Assembly (NCBI GenBank): GCA_963594995.1 | Contig: CAVBGK010000009.1 | Span: forward strand, 29,331-93,330 | Direction: 5' to 3' | From: Bacteroidaceae bacterium | Lineage (GTDB): Bacteria; Bacteroidota; Bacteroidia; Bacteroidales; Bacteroidaceae | DNA length: 64,000 nucleotides | Part shown: piece after piece, positions 57,032 through 64,000 of the stretch | Layout: each line of letters starts with the position of its first letter | Position numbering within the stretch: position 1 is the first letter of the stretch | Translations under genes and position numbers: made by a program | The notes under the pieces: generated by a model | What the model was told of the DNA's origin: nothing | Database searches by the model: none | What the model saw: the letters and a program-made list of their open reading frames with translations, nothing else

Positions 57032-59041
57032 ATGAACAAATCATTTCTCAAGACGATTGTGCTTTCCACTATCATGGCATTGCCTATATTTGCCAAGGCA
57101 CAAATTTTTGCGGGTATTGCAGCAGAGCAAAACGCACAAAACACCCCTACTGGATGGGCGGCAGTATCACTGCCTGTTCCTCCGACGATTACCAGCGACA
57201 ATACTTTCAACATCACCAACTATGGTGCCTCAACATCTTCGGAAGACAACACCAAAGCAATACAAAAGGCATTGGATGCAGTGCCCACTACAGGAGGTAT
57301 GGTGGTCATTCCGGCAGGCACATGGATGTTTGGCAGCACCGACCAAATGACAAGCTTAACCGAAGTACTCAGCATCAAGTCGAATACCATACTCCACTTG
57401 TGTGCAGGCGCAACACTGAAACTGGTGGAATACGGCAAAGCCCCCAACAACAAGACGATATTCATTGGTTGCAAAAACAGAAAACAATCAGACATTATTA
57501 TTGAAGGAGAAGGCGAAACCTCTATCATTGACGGACAAGGAGCCAGGTGGTGGCAGGCTCGTGACAACAACGAGACGTTCGACCCAGGCGCAATGATCCG
57601 TTTTGAACAAGGTACACGTTTCCTGGTTCGCAACATCAAGATTCAAAACTCCCCGGGAGTCAATCTCACCATCAGCAACAGTGGCAAGGCAAGCCATGCC
57701 ACCATACATGACGTGACCATCTACAATCCTGCTTCCGACACAAAGACAGAACAACCTTCCCACAACACCGACGGCATCTCCATTTGGGGAAACCATGTGA
57801 ACATCTATGACTGCAATATCAGCACAGGCGATGACAATGTGGTTTGCGACGATAACGCTCAGTATGTACATGTATGGAACTGCAAGATGGGGACAGGACA
57901 CGGTGCTTCATTCGGAAGTTATACATCCAACTTGCACGACATCATCTACGAAGGCTTGACTTTCACCAATACAGACAGTGGCTTCCGTTTGAAGTCACAA
58001 CGTGGAAGAAGTGGCGACGTGTATAATCTCATATTCCGAAACTGTACAATGACAGGTGTCAGAAATCCCATCTATATCGAAGCTTGGTACAATCTCAGCA
58101 CCAAGCCTGTCCCATCAGAAGCCACAGCAGAAGAAAAGACATCCACTACCCCAGCCTTCCGTGACATTCTCATCAAGAACGTGACCTCCACAGGAACAGC
58201 ATACAACACGAGTGCCAAGGCAAACTTCCCCATCTACATCTATGGGCTGCCTGAGAGTTACGTGAAGAACATAACCCTAGACAACGTACAAGTTGAGGCA
58301 CAGAAAGGAATGTTCCTAGCTTTCGTTGACGGGATAACTTTCAAGAACGGATGCAAGATTACCAACAGCAAGGACGGCAAACTCATCGCTACCCAATATG
58401 AAGCCAACAACTTGACAGGTGACTATTCTGGCAATTCTTCCAGTGACCCAGGCGAAAATGTCTCCTATACGCTAGATGCGACAACAGCCACTTGTGCTGC
58501 GAACACGGCATCTCCCTGGACATTCGCCAATGGTTGTTCCATCAGTTCCTCTAAAAGCTATGCTTCAGCCAAGTCAAGCACCATCAAATATAGCAAGGGA
58601 GTTCAATTTACAATCAATTTGCCAGAGAACGTATCCATCACTTCCGCTACATTTGCAGGATATGCCAATGAAGACAACCAAACCTGCTATTTGGCTGAAC
58701 TGGATGGAGTCAACTACAAAGAAGACCAATACGTCTTTCCAAGCCGATCGACAACCACCAGCACAGACACCAAGTTTGACATAACATTACCGACACCAGC
58801 CACAGGAACCATCACTTTTACCCCCAAGGGAGCACAGGCATCATGGGTTATCACGCTAAAAGGTACAAAGACCACAAGCGGAATTGCAAATGTCATTACA
58901 GACAACGGCAAGACGCTTGCCGACAACAACATCTACGACCTCAGTGGTCGCCTTGTGGCAAAGAGCGCAACCAACAGCAAACCCCAAGGTCTCAGCAAGG
59001 GGATTTACATACACAACAACAAGAAATTTGTTGCCAAATAA
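57032..59041 (+). CDS. GH28 polygalacturonase with C-terminal accessory domain and T9SS tail
   Basis: NTDG, GDD, GHG, RLK motifs; tail SGIANV...IYDLSGRLV...KGIYIHNNKKFVAK. Confidence 0.9.
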   Translation: MNKSFLKTIVLSTIMALPIFAKAQIFAGIAAEQNAQNTPTGWAAVSLPVPPTITSDNTFNITNYGASTSSEDNTKAIQKALDAVPTTGGMVVIPAGTWMFGSTDQMTSLTEVLSIKSNTILHLCAGATLKLVEYGKAPNNKTIFIGCKNRKQSDIIIEGEGETSIIDGQGARWWQARDNNETFDPGAMIRFEQGTRFLVRNIKIQNSPGVNLTISNSGKASHATIHDVTIYNPASDTKTEQPSHNTDGISIWGNHVNIYDCNISTGDDNVVCDDNAQYVHVWNCKMGTGHGASFGSYTSNLHDIIYEGLTFTNTDSGFRLKSQRGRSGDVYNLIFRNCTMTGVRNPIYIEAWYNLSTKPVPSEATAEEKTSTTPAFRDILIKNVTSTGTAYNTSAKANFPIYIYGLPESYVKNITLDNVQVEAQKGMFLAFVDGITFKNGCKITNSKDGKLIATQYEANNLTGDYSGNSSSDPGENVSYTLDATTATCAANTASPWTFANGCSISSSKSYASAKSSTIKYSKGVQFTINLPENVSITSATFAGYANEDNQTCYLAELDGVNYKEDQYVFPSRSTTTSTDTKFDITLPTPATGTITFTPKGAQASWVITLKGTKTTSGIANVITDNGKTLADNNIYDLSGRLVAKSATNSKPQGLSKGIYIHNNKKFVAK

Positions 59042-59152
59042 CGAGTCTATATATTAATACACTGATACGTACATAAATCCATCGACGGACATACATGCAT
59101 CGGACTTACGCCTGCTGAGTGACATACATAACATCCGCAACGTTTACATTAC

Positions 59153-59191
59153 AAAAACCCCATCGCAGCAACAAAACTACGATGGGGTTTT
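59153..59191. terminator. Bidirectional terminator
   Basis: AAAAACCCCATCG...CGATGGGGTTTT between convergent genes. Confidence 0.85.
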
Positions 59192-59211
59192 AGTGTTATA
59201 GATATATGATT

Positions 59212-60636
59212 TTATTTCTCTTCTTTCTTGGCGTCTTCGACCACCTTCTTGGCTATAGGTTTCTTGGCGGCAACCTTAGGCGCTGCCTTTGTCTTTGCAG
59301 CGGTCTTTGTTTTTGCAGCCTTCAACTTATTGGCTTCCTTCTCTATCTTGTCCAACTTAGCCTGAAGTCGGGTGATTTCCTTGTCCTTCATCTCAATCTC
59401 CTCCTCCATATTCTTTACACTGGTCATATAGCTCTCCAACTGCTCATTGTCAACATCAGCCGGATAGAGGTCATTGACTCTATTGAGGAAGTCGCCAAGG
59501 ATGTTCATATAGTTGGTGAAAGCATCAAAAGGACTGGAATAGATACCACGGTCAAGACCTACATTGCTAGGTTTGGTTGTCATGAAACGGAAGTTGTTGC
59601 TTGCCTGCAGATAGTCCCAATCCTGATTGATTCGAGGATCGTTGGCGATACGCACACGGTCAGCGACACTATAGAGCTTGTTGAAAGCTTCACGCTGCAT
59701 AGGATTACCAAGCCATGTGCTGACATCACGCTCTTCATCTACCCAGCTCAACGTGTCGGGAACGTTCAACTCACCTACAGACTTCATCTTCTTACAAATC
59801 TCAGATGGCGTAGAGAAGGTGATACCCTTTTGGCGAGCACACTCAGGCAAAGCCTTGAAGAACTCCAGGATATTGCTGGACAATGGTTGTGCGATACCTA
59901 GAGCAGACAGTTCCATAAAGATATTGATAATCTGCTCTTCCTGTGGGAAGGCAGCTATCTCATTGATGTAAGTATCTGCGAAGAGAGGATATTGGTCCCA
60001 ACTGCTATTGTTGAAACGCAAGGATATATCATCACTCAAACGTACGTCACGCAACAAAAGCTTCAAGTTCGGAGCCAATGGGCAATGATATACATAGTGG
60101 GGAGACTTCCATCCCAACACATGCTTCGCACCCTCTGTGAGCATACCCTCAAAACCCATCTGTGCAGCCTGCATACCGATGTCATCACTGTAGATAAGCG
60201 AAGAATTACGGAGCACGGTAGGTTTCTTGCCAAAATACTCCTGAATCTTGATAGCCTGACGCTCCACCTCCTTGGCAAAACTTTCCTCATTGACGAGAGA
60301 AGCGAGACCATGTGAATAAGGCTCTGCCAAGAACTCAACGCAACCCGTCGCATTCAAGTCCTGCAACTTCTCCAACACCTGTGGAGCATGCATCTCCAAC
60401 TGTTCCATCCCCACACCAGATAGAGAGAAAGCTACCTTGAAGTATTTGCCACTGTTATTAATCATCTCCAGCAATGCGCTGAGAGCCGGCATATATGATT
60501 TCTCGGCGATTTCGCTGATGGAACGCTCGTTCTCGTAATCATCATAATAATAATGGTCAGTACCGATGTCAAAGAAACGATAGCGTTTCAGGTGGGTTAT
60601 CTGATGTATCTCGAAATATAAACAAATTGTTTTCAT
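59212..60636 (-). CDS. GH57-family alpha-glucan enzyme with coiled-coil and Lys/Ala-rich tail
   Basis: EIHQ, SYMP, FSLSG, PYSH.LAS, LSDDIS.RF, SWVDEERD.STWLGN. Confidence 0.88.
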   Translation of the reverse strand: MKTICLYFEIHQITHLKRYRFFDIGTDHYYYDDYENERSISEIAEKSYMPALSALLEMINNSGKYFKVAFSLSGVGMEQLEMHAPQVLEKLQDLNATGCVEFLAEPYSHGLASLVNEESFAKEVERQAIKIQEYFGKKPTVLRNSSLIYSDDIGMQAAQMGFEGMLTEGAKHVLGWKSPHYVYHCPLAPNLKLLLRDVRLSDDISLRFNNSSWDQYPLFADTYINEIAAFPQEEQIINIFMELSALGIAQPLSSNILEFFKALPECARQKGITFSTPSEICKKMKSVGELNVPDTLSWVDEERDVSTWLGNPMQREAFNKLYSVADRVRIANDPRINQDWDYLQASNNFRFMTTKPSNVGLDRGIYSSPFDAFTNYMNILGDFLNRVNDLYPADVDNEQLESYMTSVKNMEEEIEMKDKEITRLQAKLDKIEKEANKLKAAKTKTAAKTKAAPKVAAKKPIAKKVVEDAKKEEK

Positions 60637-60672
60637 AACTATTAATTATTAACTGTAAATTACTAATTGCCT

Positions 60673-61941
60673 TTACTTCCACCCTAGCGTCTTGAGGTAC
60701 AAGTCCTTGATACGGGCTCCCACTTTCTCCCAGGTGATTTGGTCAACCTCTTTCTTACCCTCCACAGACAAGTAGTCGAAGAGACTTTCGTTGTGGCAAA
60801 TGCCATAGATGGCGTCGGCCAAAGCATGAATGTCCCAGTAATCAACCTTGATACAGTTGGTCAAGATTTCACCGCATCCACTCTGCTTGGAGATAATCGT
60901 CGGGGTACCGCATTGCATCGCCTCCAAAGGAGAGATGCCAAAAGGCTCGCTCACGGACGGCATCACATAGACATCAGAGTCCTTCAGGCACTCATATACC
61001 TGTTTGCCACGCATGAACCCGGGGAAGTGGAACCGGTCGGCAATGCCTCTTTCTGCTGCCAGATAAATCATCTGGTCCATCATGTCGCCAGAACCAGCCA
61101 TACAGAAACGCACATTACGAGAACGGTGCAACACCATGTTGGCAGCCTCCACAAAATACTCCGGTCCCTTCTGCATGGTCAGACGACCAAGGAACGTAAC
61201 CACCTTCTCCTTACCCTTATGGTCTGGGCGTGGAATGTCCTGCAACTCTTGTCTCAGCGGATAAACGGCATTGTGCATAGCAAAGCACTTGCGAGGATCT
61301 TGATGATACTGGTTGATAACCGTCTGACGTGTCAACTCCGACACACACATGATACAGTCTGCATTGTCCATACCATCTTTCTCGATTGCATAGACGGTAG
61401 GGTTCACCTTTCCACGACTACGGTCAAAGTCGGTGGCATGCACGTGGATGCACAAAGGTTTGCCGCTTATCCTCTTGGCATGGATGCCAGCAGGGAAAGT
61501 CAACCAGTCGTGGGCATGGATAATATCAAATTCGTCCGTACGTGCCACGACACCGGCAATGATGGAATAATTGTTGATTTCATCATGCAAGTTGGAAGGA
61601 TATCCCCCCGCGAAATCCATACACCCGAGATCGTTCACATTCATATAGTTGAAGTCGGCGTAGATGTGGTCACGATAACGGAAATAGTCATCAGGACTCA
61701 TGATGTTACCGATGCGCTGCTGCACATAGTCGTGGTTGACATCGCGCCAAGCGATAGGCACGCAATTCATTCCCACAATCTTGGCAGCACTGCGGTCTTC
61801 GTCCCCAAAGGGATGAGGCAAGCACAAGGTTATTTCAACGTCCCCCTGGGCATGCAAGCCCTGAGAAATACCAAAGTTAGCAGTAGCCAAGCCACCAAAC
61901 ACGTGAGGAGGATACTCCCATCCAAACATTAAAACTTTCAT
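60673..61941 (-). CDS. GT4-family glycosyltransferase (putative glycogen/alpha-glucan synthase)
   Basis: GWEYPP..FGGL, HAHDW, GRLT.QKG, PSVSEPFGISPLEA; start moved to the ATG at 61941. Confidence 0.9.
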   Translation of the reverse strand: MKVLMFGWEYPPHVFGGLATANFGISQGLHAQGDVEITLCLPHPFGDEDRSAAKIVGMNCVPIAWRDVNHDYVQQRIGNIMSPDDYFRYRDHIYADFNYMNVNDLGCMDFAGGYPSNLHDEINNYSIIAGVVARTDEFDIIHAHDWLTFPAGIHAKRISGKPLCIHVHATDFDRSRGKVNPTVYAIEKDGMDNADCIMCVSELTRQTVINQYHQDPRKCFAMHNAVYPLRQELQDIPRPDHKGKEKVVTFLGRLTMQKGPEYFVEAANMVLHRSRNVRFCMAGSGDMMDQMIYLAAERGIADRFHFPGFMRGKQVYECLKDSDVYVMPSVSEPFGISPLEAMQCGTPTIISKQSGCGEILTNCIKVDYWDIHALADAIYGICHNESLFDYLSVEGKKEVDQITWEKVGARIKDLYLKTLGWK

Positions 61942-61957
61942 ATAGCAGTCCTCCTTA

Positions 61958-63901
61958 TTAATATTGATACTTTTCCAGTAGTTCGAGCGCACGTAGAATC
62001 TCCGCGACATTCATCGCAAAAGATGTCGCACCACGTCCTGCGAACGGTGGGTTTCCATCGAAAAGTTCGCTGATGGTGCCGAGGCAATGGTATGACATCT
62101 CATCTTCATATCCTACCATCTGACGTTCCAGGAAGCTCAAGCGTGTACGGCGATAAAGTTTCAAGCTCGCCTCCATATAGAAGCCACCCAACCAAGGCCA
62201 TGCCGTACCCTGGTGATAAGCATAATCACGCTGCGTCTGAGGACCTACATAAATCGGATTGTAACCGCCACTCTTGGGAGATAGCGAACGCAGTCCCTTA
62301 GGTGTCAGAAGCTCACGGGTACAGATGTCAAGTACCTTCTTCTTCTGGTCTTGAGAAAGAGGAGAATAGTCGAAGGCTACCGGGAAGATCATGTTCGGAC
62401 GAACACTCCAGTCTATCATGTTACCATCCACGTAATCGTAGAGATACCCATACTCATTGAGGAAGGTATCAAGGAACGACTGCTTGGTTTTCTCGGCGAG
62501 TTCCAAGAGCCGTTGCTGCTGGTCAGCCTTGCCGTCAAGTTCTGCCAGGGCGGCACCGAAACAAAGGGCATTGTACCACAAGGCATTAAACTCAACGATA
62601 TATCCACTACGAGGCACAACGGGATGTCCATTGGCCGTAGAGTTCATCCAAGTAACCGCCTTGTCCTTACCATTCGTATATAAGAGTCCGTTAGAATGTA
62701 GTTCTAGATTCGGGTGGTGGTTTCCTTCTATAAATTGCAGGATATTACGGATAAACTTACCATATTTCTTCAAGCACTCCTCTTTGCTCGTTTCCTTGGC
62801 ATACTGTTGCAAAGCCCAGATAGCCCAAAGGGGAACATCTGGTTGCTCGATTTCTGCGATGTGCACGGAGATCGGGTTACCTTCCATAAACTCATAGTAA
62901 CCCTTCATCGCCGTTTGCATCACCAACTCGAAGTAAGCACCTTCCTCTATGGAAAGCGTCAAGCCTGGCAAAGAAATGAAAGTGTCACGGGCACGACACT
63001 TAAACCAAGGATAACCTGCCAAGATGTAGCGGTCATCATTCTTCTCACGACGATGGAACTGATGAGCGGCGTTGACCAGGCAATGGAAGAAGTTGTCACG
63101 CGGTGCACGTTCATCCACCTCCTTGTCGAACAGGTTCTTCAAGCCACTTGTCTTTATCTCGGAGGTGGAAGCAGCAAAGACTACACTTTCGCCCTTCTTG
63201 ATGTCCATCTCAAAATAACCTGGCACATAGAGGTCCTCATTGGAAGCATAGCCACGCTCCTGTTCCTTGGGATACTCCACTCCCCGATACCAATCGGGAT
63301 TGAAAATGAACTCATTCTTCTTGGAGAACTGCATATAGAGGTCTGGATAACCTGCATACATACAAGTCTTGATACCATTGTCAACCAAGGAAAACTCACG
63401 GGAAGCGGTACTGTTCTCATGCGTAAACTGTCGAACACTGCGGAATGCCAAGAAAGGACGGAATCTCAACTTGGTAGCCGAATGGCAATCCTCCATGGTG
63501 TAACGAATCAGAATGCGGTCTTCATAATGTTGGAAAACAACCTCCTTTTTGAGAATGACTCCGCCCACACGGTAAAGTGTGGTGGGCACCTTATCGCAAT
63601 CAAACTCACGGATGTACTTGTGCCCCATCGGACTGTAGTTGTTGCCTTGGTACTTGTGCAGACCCAGATTGAACTCAGCACCATGCTGAACAACTGTAGC
63701 ATCAAGAGAACTCAACAGTACATGGTTCTCGTCATCCAATTCTGGGACGGGAACAACCAGCAGACCGTGATACTTTCGAGTATTACAATCGACAATCGTA
63801 GAGCACGAATAAGCACCCGAGCGGTTGGTTCTAAGCAACTCCTTCGGTAATGACTCCTGTAGGTTGGTCATCAGGGCCTTTTCGAATTTTAGATAACTCA
63901 T
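61958..63901 (-). CDS. Glycogen debranching enzyme (amylo-alpha-1,6-glucosidase, GH133-like)
   Basis: NTRKYHGLL, AGYPWF...RDTFI, TWMN, VEFNALWYNA, RPN, GLRSLSP, YHQGTAWPW. Confidence 0.92.
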   Translation of the reverse strand: MSYLKFEKALMTNLQESLPKELLRTNRSGAYSCSTIVDCNTRKYHGLLVVPVPELDDENHVLLSSLDATVVQHGAEFNLGLHKYQGNNYSPMGHKYIREFDCDKVPTTLYRVGGVILKKEVVFQHYEDRILIRYTMEDCHSATKLRFRPFLAFRSVRQFTHENSTASREFSLVDNGIKTCMYAGYPDLYMQFSKKNEFIFNPDWYRGVEYPKEQERGYASNEDLYVPGYFEMDIKKGESVVFAASTSEIKTSGLKNLFDKEVDERAPRDNFFHCLVNAAHQFHRREKNDDRYILAGYPWFKCRARDTFISLPGLTLSIEEGAYFELVMQTAMKGYYEFMEGNPISVHIAEIEQPDVPLWAIWALQQYAKETSKEECLKKYGKFIRNILQFIEGNHHPNLELHSNGLLYTNGKDKAVTWMNSTANGHPVVPRSGYIVEFNALWYNALCFGAALAELDGKADQQQRLLELAEKTKQSFLDTFLNEYGYLYDYVDGNMIDWSVRPNMIFPVAFDYSPLSQDQKKKVLDICTRELLTPKGLRSLSPKSGGYNPIYVGPQTQRDYAYHQGTAWPWLGGFYMEASLKLYRRTRLSFLERQMVGYEDEMSYHCLGTISELFDGNPPFAGRGATSFAMNVAEILRALELLEKYQY

Positions 63902-63949
63902 AGATCTATATTAAGGTTTTTATTTTTATTGATTTCAGTTATATGCTTT

Positions 63950-63980
63950 CAAAGGTAAGCAAAATAAATGATTCTGCAAA
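63950..63980 (-). promoter_or_regulatory. Promoter of the glycogen operon, TTTG-N19-TACCTTTG
   Basis: Both boxes are present on the minus strand. Confidence 0.75.
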
Positions 63981-64000
63981 GTTTTAGGCAGAGAATTTAA

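Noticed and set aside
59060..59150. GACATACAT repeats and CTGCTGAG as a possible hammerhead ribozyme
   Set aside because: The core would need CUGAnGA and GAAA with three stems, which are not present

Overview
Mostly core chromosome of a Bacteroidales gut bacterium, very probably Prevotella/Segatella-like. The basis is TAnnTTTG -7 promoters, SusC/SusD, Prevotella-type T9SS C-terminal tails and glutamine synthetase type III. Gene content from left to right: PfkB kinase, orphan ABC ATPase, ddh, menE/menC, EamA, two paralogous outer-membrane barrels, aroB followed by a GH89 + HGSNAT-like pair, lysS-gpsA-pgi, an AT-rich insert (doubly frameshifted lipoprotein + porin), a HAD phosphatase, a divergent nitrogen cluster (amtB-glnK / dapF-dapL-GSIII), an NhaC-family transporter, a complete but re-ordered trp operon (D-C-F-A-B-E-G), rpe, an ECF sigma factor, a homogalacturonan PUL (GH28-GH105 fusion, PL1, SusC, SusD, DUF5123 lipoprotein, GH28) interrupted by an Rpn-like PD-(D/E)XK gene and a T9SS cargo gene, and the GH133-GT4-GH57 glycogen operon. 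I saw no rRNA, tRNA, CRISPR array, integrase or IS transposase. The most interesting signals are non-coding or missed by the ORF track: (1) a WWW trp leader peptide with a compact attenuator; (2) a nested stem-loop leader plus a 32-bp-spaced direct repeat at the nitrogen/DAP cluster; (3) a 14-bp palindromic site exactly 58 bp upstream of two pectin-PUL promoters; (4) an Rpn-like gene with a possible internal promoter and start for a C-terminal antitoxin. All family assignments come from motif recognition by eye, not database searches.
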